64,000 nucleotides of DNA, taken from the IMG/VR virus record IMGVR_UViG_3300021960_000026; one strand, written 5' to 3'. Every line of letters starts with the position of its first letter. Position 1 is the stretch's first letter. The DNA comes from an uncultured virus (IMG/VR IMGVR_UViG_3300021960_000026) (taxonomy: Duplodnaviria; Heunggongvirae; Uroviricota; Caudoviricetes). A program made the translations under genes and the position numbers. The notes beneath the pieces are model-generated. The model was given only the letters and a program-made list of their open reading frames with translations, did not search any database and was not told where the DNA came from. This document shows positions 19,839 to 29,238 of this stretch, piece by piece.

Positions 19839-20090
19839 ATGTTTGACGCGACAAAAGAAATAAACATTAAATTTGAGAACAAATACAACAGCACATTTGT
19901 TAGAGCTAATCATTGGTTAATTACTGCTAACAAGGAAGACATATATTCTAACGAAGATCCTGAAAAAGCCTTGGCCGATCTTTGGCAGTCTCATTTTAAT
20001 GCTAGGATTATAAAGCAGGACGGAAAGCCCTATAAACTATCGTTTGACAGCCAGGAAGATCTTACTGTGTTTATGCTAAAGTGGGGGTAA
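19839..20090 (+). CDS. Hypothetical protein
   Basis: 83 aa ending F...ED...F.LKW; TAAGTA upstream. Confidence 0.55.
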   Translation: MFDATKEINIKFENKYNSTFVRANHWLITANKEDIYSNEDPEKALADLWQSHFNARIIKQDGKPYKLSFDSQEDLTVFMLKWG

Positions 20091-20430
20091 CTTTCCAGAG
20101 CTTCTTGAGTTCGATTTCCACACCTAATTTTCTAGCCCTATCATATACTTCGTCAGCAGCATTTTCACCGTAAAAAATTTCGCAGTAATTTTTATCAAGA
20201 TATAGGTCGTGTGTGATTATGTACATTTCATACATAGGATTGTGTGCAGCGTAGATTCCGATACTACCAGGAGTGTATGAAATTTGTTCCCATAGACTAA
20301 TATCGTCGATAGAAGGAACTTGTGGATCTTTCCAATCCATAAACATTGGTCTATTGTTTACTGCTGCTACCTTTACTGCAAGGTCCCAAGGATTGTTGAA
20401 TATTTCCTCAGTGTCTTTAAACAGAGACAT
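20071..20430 (-). CDS. Hypothetical protein, paralog of 25297-25731
   Basis: Shared DW....SIDD..LWE.I......G.YAA..P..E.Y motif. Confidence 0.65.
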   Translation of the reverse strand: MSLFKDTEEIFNNPWDLAVKVAAVNNRPMFMDWKDPQVPSIDDISLWEQISYTPGSIGIYAAHNPMYEMYIITHDLYLDKNYCEIFYGENAADEVYDRARKLGVEIELKKLWKVTPTLA

Positions 20431-20431
20431 A

Positions 20432-20965
20432 CTAGGTATCTAATTTTGGATTTTTTGCGTCTGGATCTTTATAATCGGTTGCCCAAGCAACATTATCAAT
20501 TTTAACCCATGATGTAGATGCTTCGTCCCATTTATAAAATGTATCTTCGGTTGCAGGGGATGGTGTTGGTGCAACCCATGTGTTTCCGTCCCAAGTCCAA
20601 CTTGGATAAGGTTTTTCAGGCTTTGGTTTTTTATAATCAAATGTTCCTGTGATCCTATCAGATGTATCGTTAATGCTTGCCCAAGTTGTTATTACATAAT
20701 CAGTGTCAGCAACTAGGTCAAGATGCATGTTTGTAATAGGAGTTTTGTCGGTTGTTTCCCATTTTGCACCTTCTGGAGGCCAGGATGTTTCGGCAACGAC
20801 ACCCTCTTTATTAGACACAGAAATACCAAATTTTACGTGTGTTACAAATGTTACTTCAGCATCTGATGCTAGAATTGCATCCAATCTTTCTGCAAGACCG
20901 TTATCGTTAACTGTTTCAAAAACCCATTTAAGTTTTACTGTATCAAATATTGCTTTGATTATCAT
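20432..20965 (-). CDS. Phage protein with Pro/Trp-rich C-terminal motif
   Basis: KPYPSWTWD...W.AP.P.P....Y.WDE...SW; start moved to MIIK after a GGAG RBS because TAAATA lies in the longer ORF's 5' extension. Confidence 0.6.
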   Translation of the reverse strand: MIIKAIFDTVKLKWVFETVNDNGLAERLDAILASDAEVTFVTHVKFGISVSNKEGVVAETSWPPEGAKWETTDKTPITNMHLDLVADTDYVITTWASINDTSDRITGTFDYKKPKPEKPYPSWTWDGNTWVAPTPSPATEDTFYKWDEASTSWVKIDNVAWATDYKDPDAKNPKLDT

Positions 20966-21090
20966 GTTTTTTTTGGCTCCATAATATACTCTTTTATTTA
21001 TCACTATTTAATGATCAAGATTAAAAGTTATGAGCAAACCAGGCTATAAATATATGCATAGTTAATGCGAAGTTAGGAGATTAAGAATAC

Positions 21091-21726
21091 ATGGCTCAAT
21101 TTCAGGTAGGAGGGTTTTATCCTGGAGAAATAACACCCGATAGCGTAGTTGGTGGTTGTATCAGCATCTACGAAAAGTCTTGGCCCAACCCAATGGAAAC
21201 AATTAAACATATAGAGGCTGAAGTTTCAAATCCAGATACGGGCGTTCATTGGACAAAGGCTGAAACTTTTGGAAATGGACCCTTTAGCACACAGAGAACA
21301 AATATGGTTTTACCCGTTAGCCAAATGGCTACTATGGCTGAAAGCAAGGTTTGTCAGAATATACATAATCAAATGAGAATGAATCTTCTTGCTTCTAGTA
21401 TTCCTTATGCTAGAAGATATGGAATTGAGGAAGAAATGTATCATGAAGATTATCAACTATTAAGATATACCGGTGGACAGGAATACAAAAAACACTACGA
21501 CGGATCAACTGACATCGGAAGAGTTATTTCAGCATTAATATATCTAAACGACGATTACGAAGGCGGTGAACTAGAGTTTCCAAATTATGGAATTACAATT
21601 AAACCACAGGCAGGAATGATGATACTATTTCCGTCAAACTTTGCATATGCACATATCGCACATCCTGTAAGACAAGGCACCAAGTACGGTCTTGTAACTT
21701 GGATTAGAGATAGAAATAATTTTTAA
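21091..21726 (+). CDS. 2OG-Fe(II) oxygenase (prolyl-4-hydroxylase-like)
   Basis: LLRY..GQ.Y..HYD, YLNDDYEGGELEFP, LFPSN..Y.H..HPV..G.KY. Confidence 0.92.
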   Translation: MAQFQVGGFYPGEITPDSVVGGCISIYEKSWPNPMETIKHIEAEVSNPDTGVHWTKAETFGNGPFSTQRTNMVLPVSQMATMAESKVCQNIHNQMRMNLLASSIPYARRYGIEEEMYHEDYQLLRYTGGQEYKKHYDGSTDIGRVISALIYLNDDYEGGELEFPNYGITIKPQAGMMILFPSNFAYAHIAHPVRQGTKYGLVTWIRDRNNF

Positions 21727-22478
21727 TGTTTAGTTTCTTTTTTAAAAGATCAACAGTTACACTAGATTGCTTTACCAATCTACCATATGTCTATGATTTC
21801 GCAAAAATAGACAAGGCAGTTAAATTTATTCCTGACTGGTGGAAAAATACTCCTAGAACAGTTGAAGGAAAGGAACACGGAACAATTAAAAATTGTCCTG
21901 GATTTATTGATTACTATGCCACAGGTATCGTTATGCCTTCGTGGTTTGAAACTAATATTACGATACATTCGAAAAACGATCCAGAAGAAAGATGGTATAG
22001 TTTTCAGAGTTCAAACAACGATTTTGATGTTTCTAAATCGCATGCACCTTATCAGTTTGAAAACTTTGCAGGATTTGATGGAAAGAATATTAAGATCGAA
22101 ACTCCTTGGGTTCTTAAGACCAAACAGAAAGTAGATTTTTTAGTAACACAACCGACATGGAATCACAGAGATATGCTTACGCATTTTTCTGTACTACCGG
22201 CCGTTGTAAATTATAAATATCAACACTTTACAAATATCAATATGTTTGTAATCAATAAGGATGAAGAAAGGGTATTGAATATTCCACCGCTAATGCCTAT
22301 GATAATGTTGCATCCTTTGACTGACAAGAAAGTCGAAATAAAAACGCATCTTGTCGACGACAGAGAGTGGAATAGACTAACGGGTGTGTATAACCTAATA
22401 ATAAGAGATGATGAAGGATACAAGAAGAAAAAAGAAATTTATAAAAAAGTTTCAAAGTGTCCTTTCCATAGGGGGTAA
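21726..22478 (+). CDS. Hypothetical beta-rich protein of oxygenase cassette
   Basis: P.WWK..P...TIK.CPG..DY...G..MP.W; C-terminal KCPFH. Confidence 0.65.
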   Translation: MFSFFFKRSTVTLDCFTNLPYVYDFAKIDKAVKFIPDWWKNTPRTVEGKEHGTIKNCPGFIDYYATGIVMPSWFETNITIHSKNDPEERWYSFQSSNNDFDVSKSHAPYQFENFAGFDGKNIKIETPWVLKTKQKVDFLVTQPTWNHRDMLTHFSVLPAVVNYKYQHFTNINMFVINKDEERVLNIPPLMPMIMLHPLTDKKVEIKTHLVDDREWNRLTGVYNLIIRDDEGYKKKKEIYKKVSKCPFHRG

Positions 22479-22480
22479 GA

Positions 22481-23116
22481 ATGGAGAATGTAAAAGAGTT
22501 TAAAAACAAAGGATATACTAGAGTTAACGGAGTATTGACAAAAGATATTGTTGATATTGTTACCCAATATGCACTGTTTGACGAATTACAAAATTTATCT
22601 CCTGAAAAAAATGCAGCAGGTAATAATGCACAGGTTCCCGATGCACATTCTAAATATGCAGATCCTCTAATGGAAACTATTCTTTTACACGTTAGAACTG
22701 CGGTGGAAAAAAATACAGGACTAGAACTATCACCGACCTATTCATATTTTAGGGTATATAGAAACGGAGATGAACTAATTCCACACAAGGATAGACCAGC
22801 CTGTGAAATCTCAACAACTATTTGCTTTGGGTTTAGTTATGACGATTCCTATAATTGGCCTATATACATGGAAGGAGAATCAGTTGATTTAAAACCGGGA
22901 GATATGGTTGCTTATAGAGGATGTGATCTTAAACACTGGAGAGAAAAGTTTATGCCCAAGGAAAAGCATTACCATGTGCAGGGATTCTTTCATTATGTTG
23001 ATAAGAACGGACCACACGCTGATTGGAAATTTGATAAGAGAGATAATTTAGGAATCAATAAAAAGATGTTGGATAGAAAATCATACATCATTAGAACAGA
23101 AACAGATTGGTATTAA
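22481..23116 (+). CDS. 2OG-Fe(II) oxygenase-like protein
   Basis: PTYSY.RVY..G..L..HKDRP.CEIS.T, L.PGD...Y.G....HWRE, Q.F.HYV. Confidence 0.85.
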   Translation: MENVKEFKNKGYTRVNGVLTKDIVDIVTQYALFDELQNLSPEKNAAGNNAQVPDAHSKYADPLMETILLHVRTAVEKNTGLELSPTYSYFRVYRNGDELIPHKDRPACEISTTICFGFSYDDSYNWPIYMEGESVDLKPGDMVAYRGCDLKHWREKFMPKEKHYHVQGFFHYVDKNGPHADWKFDKRDNLGINKKMLDRKSYIIRTETDWY

Positions 23117-23129
23117 CAAGAGAGAATTT

Positions 23130-23828
23130 ATGGCAATTACAGTATATTGGGCAAGTTTAGAAAGAGAATGGATGTTAGCAAAAGAACCAGAATCTGTTGC
23201 TAAATTGTTCTATGAAAAAGACATGCACGACACAAACAATCTAAATGCACAATTAAACTATTGTCCATCGTTTAACAAGAATTTAAAAAACTTGTATGCG
23301 CTAAGATCTTTATATGATTATTCATTTAAGGTTGAGGGAGATAAAGTTTGGTCACCAGATAGAGATCAAGATTTTTTTGATATGCATGTAAATATAAGAG
23401 ACGTTAACAGACGATTATTTTCTTTTAAACAGTGTTTCTTATTCTTTACAGAAGAGGATAGCCTACCGGTTACTTTTTATGAGTATCCGTATTTAGAAGA
23501 CAACAATATCACAGAACGCTGTATGATAGTTGCGGGTCAATTTGATATCGGAAAATGGTTTAGAAACACAGAGTTTGCTTTTTATCTAAAAAAAGATTAC
23601 AATGAATTTAAAATAGAACAGGATGAAGTGTTTACATATCTTAGATTTCATACAGATGAGAAAATCAACTTCAAACAATTTAGGCCAACTCAGAGAATAT
23701 CAGAACTAATTGCTGACGGATTTGCCTGTAACCAAATATGGCAACCGTTAAGAAAATTAGAAAATTATTATAAGATTTTTAAAAATAAAAGACTTGCATT
23801 AAAAGAGATAAAGGAAAATTTACTATGA
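23130..23828 (+). CDS. Hypothetical protein of oxygenase cassette
   Basis: YCP.F motif and G.FDIG.WFR; loosely similar to 21726-22478. Confidence 0.6.
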   Translation: MAITVYWASLEREWMLAKEPESVAKLFYEKDMHDTNNLNAQLNYCPSFNKNLKNLYALRSLYDYSFKVEGDKVWSPDRDQDFFDMHVNIRDVNRRLFSFKQCFLFFTEEDSLPVTFYEYPYLEDNNITERCMIVAGQFDIGKWFRNTEFAFYLKKDYNEFKIEQDEVFTYLRFHTDEKINFKQFRPTQRISELIADGFACNQIWQPLRKLENYYKIFKNKRLALKEIKENLL

Positions 23829-25300
23829 AGAGTCCAAAAAGCGTATTAGTTGTAGGAGGGGGAACAGCAGGTTTAATTGCTGCAATAATCCTCAAGAAAG
23901 GACTTAACAATCTAAAGGTAGATGTAGTCCATTCAAAGAATATCGGTATTATAGGTGTGGGAGAAGGATCTACTGAACATTTTCGCAACTTTATGAATTT
24001 TGCAGGTATCAATCAACATCAGATCATCAAAGAATGTGATGCTACATATAAGTCTGGTATCATGTTTACTAATTGGGGTCCTAAAAATTATTTGCATAGT
24101 GTTGGCGAACCGTTTAACAACAAGATGGGATTATATCCTCACGTATATGCTAGGCAGATCGGAAACAATATTGACTACGTGAATAGCGGCTTATTGTGGA
24201 ATAATAAATTAGAACAGTTTTGGCTGAATAATAAAGAAAACCCACCGTTTAATCAGTTTCACTTTAACACACACAAACTTAATGATTTTATGATTAAACA
24301 TGCAAAGAAAAATGGCATTGGTATCTATGAAGACGATATCGAAGATGTTATGTTGAATCAAGAAGGAGAAATTGATAAACTAAAAGGCAACAATATGGAA
24401 TATGATTACGATTTCTATATTGATGCTACAGGATTTAAAAGATTGTTAATGGATAAACTAGGCGGAAAGTGGCAATCATTTGGTGATGTTCTAAAAATGA
24501 AAGCAGCAATTACATTCCAAACAGAAGACACATCAGAATATAATTTATGGACACTAGCACATGCAATGGATGCTGGATGGCTATTTAGAATTCCTGTTTG
24601 GGGTAGGCATGGCAATGGATACATTTACGATAGTGATTATATTGACAAGGATCAAGCAAAAGCAGAAGTTGAAAAACTTTACGGTAAAGAAATTAATATA
24701 GGAAAAGAATTTAAGTTTGACCCAGGGCATATTGATCGTGCATGGATCAAGAACTGTGTTGCAATCGGACTTAGTGGAAGTTTTGTTGAGCCGTTAGAGG
24801 CATCATCAATTGGAACTAGCATACAACAAGCATTTATACTGCTTTATAAAATTATCAATTATGACGAAAAAGTTATTGATACCTATAATCATTCGTTTGT
24901 AAAAATTATGGAAAACATAAGAGACTTTCTTGTGTTGCATTACATAACACCAAGACAGGATACTCCATTCTGGAAAAACTTACAAGATGCTCCAATACCC
25001 GATAGTCTCGGAAAGAAATTAGAAATTTGGAGGAATAAACTTCCTAATCCGGAAAACTTCAACGATCAAACAGACTATTGTTTATTCTGGCACGATAACT
25101 TTACCGTAGTGATGGAAGGTCTTAATTTATTCGATAGGAAAGCAATTTTAAATGAATACATGATGCAGAATCAAGATATCAAAGATGATGCTGACCGTGT
25201 TATTAAGGAAATTGCTCAGAAAGATGAAACCATGGAAACCATGGGGCATAAAAAGATGATCTCAATTATTAGAGATCACCTTGAATTAAGAGACAGTTAA
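23825..25300 (+). CDS. prnA: Flavin-dependent (tryptophan) halogenase family protein
   Basis: VVGGGTAG FAD motif, GVGEGS, AT.K.GI (catalytic Lys position), IDATGF, GW.(F).IP, GNGY, GLS..FVEPLEASSI. Confidence 0.88.
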   Translation: MKSPKSVLVVGGGTAGLIAAIILKKGLNNLKVDVVHSKNIGIIGVGEGSTEHFRNFMNFAGINQHQIIKECDATYKSGIMFTNWGPKNYLHSVGEPFNNKMGLYPHVYARQIGNNIDYVNSGLLWNNKLEQFWLNNKENPPFNQFHFNTHKLNDFMIKHAKKNGIGIYEDDIEDVMLNQEGEIDKLKGNNMEYDYDFYIDATGFKRLLMDKLGGKWQSFGDVLKMKAAITFQTEDTSEYNLWTLAHAMDAGWLFRIPVWGRHGNGYIYDSDYIDKDQAKAEVEKLYGKEINIGKEFKFDPGHIDRAWIKNCVAIGLSGSFVEPLEASSIGTSIQQAFILLYKIINYDEKVIDTYNHSFVKIMENIRDFLVLHYITPRQDTPFWKNLQDAPIPDSLGKKLEIWRNKLPNPENFNDQTDYCLFWHDNFTVVMEGLNLFDRKAILNEYMMQNQDIKDDADRVIKEIAQKDETMETMGHKKMISIIRDHLELRDS

Positions 25301-25731
25301 GAATATAACCACATTTTGTCGTTATCTACCCAATGCTTGTGCATTGCTAAATCAACACCAACTGATTTTGCTCTATTAACAACTCTTTGCAATGCTCCCT
25401 TCCCGTAAAATGTTTCTAGTTTAGGTGAGTCGCCTGGACGTTCGCTCCATCCAAACCTCATCAGATAAAACTCAGCATACGGAAGCCAGGCAGCATACAA
25501 TCCAAACGTTGCGGTATCTTCATAGATAACTTCCCAAAGATCAACATCGTCGATGCTTAATTCTCTGGAATAATCCCAATCCTGTTTAGGAGGTAGTTGA
25601 ACCTTGTTGGAATCCATCCATTTAGATTCAAAATATTCTCCGCTGTCTACTACAATATTGTAGGTTGTTTTAAAAAATGGCATACTGTTATTTAACTCCT
25701 TTTCCGTAGATATCATCGGTATAGATTGCAT
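25297..25731 (-). CDS. Hypothetical protein, paralog of 20071-20430
   Basis: DWDY...SIDDVDLWEVI...GLYAAW.PYAEFY; true start may be MPFFKT near 25683. Confidence 0.65.
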   Translation of the reverse strand: MQSIPMISTEKELNNSMPFFKTTYNIVVDSGEYFESKWMDSNKVQLPPKQDWDYSRELSIDDVDLWEVIYEDTATFGLYAAWLPYAEFYLMRFGWSERPGDSPKLETFYGKGALQRVVNRAKSVGVDLAMHKHWVDNDKMWLYS

Positions 25732-26248
25732 CTACATTAAATGATACGATTGTTTTTCTATTTACACTTGTATTAGGTAGTGTTTTGTGTAGTATAAAAC
25801 TTGGAAATACTACAATGTCACCTTCTTTTACATCTAGTGTTATTTTATTTCCCGTATACGGTTCGATTAATTGTGTTCTTGGCGAATCGTCTGGTAATTC
25901 GAGGTAATAAACATTAGTAAAATTAGCACTATGCGTGTGCCAACCATGCTCACTATTTTCCAAATATTGCTGAAACCAAATTTCATTTAGTTTATAACTT
26001 CCAAATCCTAATTCCTTGTACATATCAAGTACATGTTCGGTTAAGGAATTTTTGATGTATTTAAACCAAGGTCTTTCAAAATTTTGTGAATCAAACCAAT
26101 CAGTTTTAGTAATGTTAACTTCAGCAACTTCAACCATTGGAGATTTAAAAGGTGCATTGCCTAATAAATCAAGAAGAGTGCTTTTTATCTTTTCGTGTTC
26201 TGGAAATTTAGATTTTAAATAGACACACTCTAGTTTATTTTTTATCAT
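25688..26248 (-). CDS. 2OG-Fe(II) oxygenase-like protein
   Basis: WFQQY...HGWHTH..NF..VYYL, EGD.V.FPS...H...N....K..VSFN. Confidence 0.85.
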   Translation of the reverse strand: MIKNKLECVYLKSKFPEHEKIKSTLLDLLGNAPFKSPMVEVAEVNITKTDWFDSQNFERPWFKYIKNSLTEHVLDMYKELGFGSYKLNEIWFQQYLENSEHGWHTHSANFTNVYYLELPDDSPRTQLIEPYTGNKITLDVKEGDIVVFPSFILHKTLPNTSVNRKTIVSFNVDAIYTDDIYGKGVK

Positions 26249-26895
26249 AGAACAAAATTTCCACTTACGCTTATTCTAGTATGATCCGTCCAAAATGGCG
26301 GAACATAGTGTTTTAATCCTGCAGGAAATATAAGCATTAGATTATCAAAAGGATTGACCTTAAAATAATGATGCATGAAAGTGCATATCTTTTCACCGTA
26401 TTCAAAAACAATACTGCCTGCAACTGGTGTATTTGTGTCTGCTTGATTTTCTAAAATTTCTTGCGGAACACTACAGTATATTACGAATGATAAAACTCCC
26501 TTGTGATCGTGTGGGGGATTAAAATCGTGTTTTTTATTAAAGTTTACCCAAAGGCTTTCTAACTTAATATTTTTGTACTGTTCTACATCTACAGCACCCT
26601 TATACTGCATTCTTATCATGTCAAAGAATGTATTAACCTTATCCTTAAGAATGGGCTCCATCTCTGTTTTATACTGATCACTAAATGTATAACTCCTTCC
26701 ATACTTCAAATTACCAGCAAGTTTATGATTAAAATCATCCTTTACTGATAATTTTTTTGATTCATTAAGCAAGGATTGGACTATTTCATCTGTTAGTGTT
26801 GTTTGAAATATAGGTGGTCCAAAAGGATAAATTACCTTATCGTTTTTGGCATTGGCTGCGTATGCTGAATCCGTGACAAACTGTTTCCGTTCCAT
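26245..26895 (-). CDS. 2OG-Fe(II) oxygenase-like protein
   Basis: WVNF....DFNP.HDH.G.LSFVIY, IFPA.L.H.V.PF....RISVSGN. Confidence 0.85.
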   Translation of the reverse strand: MERKQFVTDSAYAANAKNDKVIYPFGPPIFQTTLTDEIVQSLLNESKKLSVKDDFNHKLAGNLKYGRSYTFSDQYKTEMEPILKDKVNTFFDMIRMQYKGAVDVEQYKNIKLESLWVNFNKKHDFNPPHDHKGVLSFVIYCSVPQEILENQADTNTPVAGSIVFEYGEKICTFMHHYFKVNPFDNLMLIFPAGLKHYVPPFWTDHTRISVSGNFVL

Positions 26896-26938
26896 ACAGA
26901 TATTTATTGTCAGCCGTTTTTGGATTTAGTTATTGTGA

Positions 26939-27964
26939 TTACAATAGATATCTTACAACAACAATTCCTGGACCGCCCGATGCTCCGTAGGAGTTGCCAC
27001 CTGGGTGTGAGTTACCATGTGATGGGTTTTCAGCACCACCACCTCCACCGCCACCGGTGTTAGTTCCACCTTGACCTCCGTTACCGTTGGTTCTGTGATC
27101 TCCACCTGCACCTGCGTTAAGTGCGGATCCGCCGCCGTTGTTTTGACCTGCTGGGCCGCCACCGCCGCCACCGCCGCCACCTAAGCCGCCAAAGCCTCCG
27201 TGTGGTTGTGGAGCATTACCTGGATGCCAGCCACCGCCTGCACCGCCTGCCCAATAGTAGTTTGTTCCTGTAATCGAACTTTGTCTTCCGTTACCGCCGT
27301 AGCCGCCGCCTGATGGTCCTGAGTTTTGTCCTCCGGCTCCGGCTCCACCTCCGCCAGCACCGTGTGGTCCTGACGAACCGCCGTGTCCACCATAGCCTGT
27401 TCCTGATAATGGTTGGCCGCCTTGGTTGTTACCACCACCACCGCCTAGGTGTGATGCGCCACCGCCTGATCCACCTGGGTGTCCTGGGCGATAGTTTCTG
27501 TGGTTACCACCACGTCCGCCACCGTTTGCAGTAATTGTTGAAATTGTTGGTCCTGAGAAAGTGGTATTTGCGGCCGTCGCGCTGTTAGAAACATCATCAG
27601 TTCCTGATTGGGCACCACCGCCTCCTCTGCTGATGCTAAAATCTCCTGCTGGTAGTGCTGCTCCGCCGGTAACGACCATGCCGCCTCCGCCGCCTCCGCC
27701 GCCGTGGCGTCCACCACCTGCTCCACCACCACCGATGAATATTCCTTCAATGGTTAGTGCGCCTTTGACTAATCCTAGCATTCCTTGTAGTGCTGGATCC
27801 TTAGGTCTTACGCTAAGTGTTCCGTCATCTGTAAACATGTGGATTCTGTATCCACCTGCTGTGTATACTTGATTACCGCCAGTAATCTCAAATTTGTCAA
27901 GGATACTCTCGCCATCTTTTTTTGGCGTGTCATAGTTTCCTCTAATACTACTAATAAATGGCAT
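26939..27964 (-). CDS. Glycine-rich fibre/adhesin-like protein
   Basis: GGY.IH.FT..GT, many GGGG/GGxG runs, C-terminal GG.GIVVVRY; locally high GC. Confidence 0.75.
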   Translation of the reverse strand: MPFISSIRGNYDTPKKDGESILDKFEITGGNQVYTAGGYRIHMFTDDGTLSVRPKDPALQGMLGLVKGALTIEGIFIGGGGAGGGRHGGGGGGGGMVVTGGAALPAGDFSISRGGGGAQSGTDDVSNSATAANTTFSGPTISTITANGGGRGGNHRNYRPGHPGGSGGGASHLGGGGGNNQGGQPLSGTGYGGHGGSSGPHGAGGGGAGAGGQNSGPSGGGYGGNGRQSSITGTNYYWAGGAGGGWHPGNAPQPHGGFGGLGGGGGGGGGPAGQNNGGGSALNAGAGGDHRTNGNGGQGGTNTGGGGGGGAENPSHGNSHPGGNSYGASGGPGIVVVRYLL

Positions 27965-27985
27965 TATGTTCTCCTGTATACATAT

Positions 27986-28867
27986 TTATTCTACGCTGTA
28001 TGACCCGTTACTATTAAACTGGCTAATTTGATAACCACCCGCTTGTGATTGAGATCCACCGCTTGCTGCTGTAAGTGGAATGTGGTCAACTACTATCCAA
28101 TTATTTGCTGCTCTTTTTCTCACTAATAATTCTTCGTTTGCGAACATTAAGCCTTCTTTGTTTACTGCAACACCTGCTTGTTTTGTTAACGTAACGTTTC
28201 CTGCACCTGTTCTGTTAATGTGTACCACTGATCCCACAGGAAAGTTTGTTGTTGAATCATTTGGAATAATTACCTGAACGTCCGTTCCGTTGTTCATGTT
28301 AACCACCTTGTCTCTATCAGACAACGCAATAGTATATGCTGTGGTTTGTGTTACTTCTGTTCTTAATGATCTTACAGTTCCATCTACTAGCATTGCATCA
28401 CAGTTAATTTCACCCGTGCTTGGAGTATATGTTAGTTTAGAACTTGATGTTGATACTTGAAGTAATGTTCCGCTTGTGGCAGTTCCGAAGATTAGGTATT
28501 CTGCTGAACTTCCTGAAGTATCATCTGTAATCTGTGCGCCAGTTGTTACCCAACTTAGCGTTCCTGATGCATCTGAAACCAATGATTGATTTGCTGCTGT
28601 TGCATCCGCATCTGGTAGTACCCAAGTTAAATCGCCTGTGATTGTTGCCGGTGCTTGAAAACCTACATAGTTAGTACTGTCAGCATCACCAAAACGCAAT
28701 GCGCTTTGATTCTTCATTAATGTATGACCGTCTAATTCAACTATACCTGTTCCTGTAGGATCAAGTGTAATATTTGCATTTTCTTGTGCAGTAAGAGTAG
28801 TATTAGATGCGCTTAATCCACCTAATCCCGATCCTCCTGCTACACCACCATGTACTTTTCTAGCCAT
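27986..28867 (-). CDS. Tail-fibre-like virion protein
   Basis: L.P.GTG, YVGF.AP....TW.LP..D...Q.L..D.SG.LSW, C-terminal IP......FP.G module. Confidence 0.65.
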   Translation of the reverse strand: MARKVHGGVAGGSGLGGLSASNTTLTAQENANITLDPTGTGIVELDGHTLMKNQSALRFGDADSTNYVGFQAPATITGDLTWVLPDADATAANQSLVSDASGTLSWVTTGAQITDDTSGSSAEYLIFGTATSGTLLQVSTSSSKLTYTPSTGEINCDAMLVDGTVRSLRTEVTQTTAYTIALSDRDKVVNMNNGTDVQVIIPNDSTTNFPVGSVVHINRTGAGNVTLTKQAGVAVNKEGLMFANEELLVRKRAANNWIVVDHIPLTAASGGSQSQAGGYQISQFNSNGSYSVE

Positions 28868-28887
28868 TTTTTACTTTCCTAATATCA

Positions 28888-29217
28888 TTATGCTGTAGAT
28901 GTTTCAATGCCCATACACACTGCTGAAATTCCAGTGTTACTAGCATAAACACTAATAATCTTTCCTGCATCCAAAACAATACCCGTTCTTTCTATAACAC
29001 CTTTTCCTGAAAGTGATACGTCGTATTCAATGAATTCGGCGGTACTTGGTGCTGAAGGAGGAGTTGTAGTAGTAATTGCAATTCTGCAAGTTACTGCTGT
29101 TGATCCTCTATTGAGCAGGTTGACACTTACTACTGAAAAAGTGTCTGCTGGAGCAGTATACAACGCAGTATAAGTTGTTGCTGCTAGATCCTGTGTTCCT
29201 AATCTTCCTGTTGCCAT
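28888..29217 (-). CDS. Small beta-rich virion protein (paralog family A)
   Basis: LYT.P......V...N......IEYD.......ERTGIVL; similar to 42980-43312 and 46598-46966. Confidence 0.65.
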   Translation of the reverse strand: MATGRLGTQDLAATTYTALYTAPADTFSVVSVNLLNRGSTAVTCRIAITTTTPPSAPSTAEFIEYDVSLSGKGVIERTGIVLDAGKIISVYASNTGISAVCMGIETSTA

Positions 29218-29238
29218 TTATTTGTTCTCCATAGTTAT

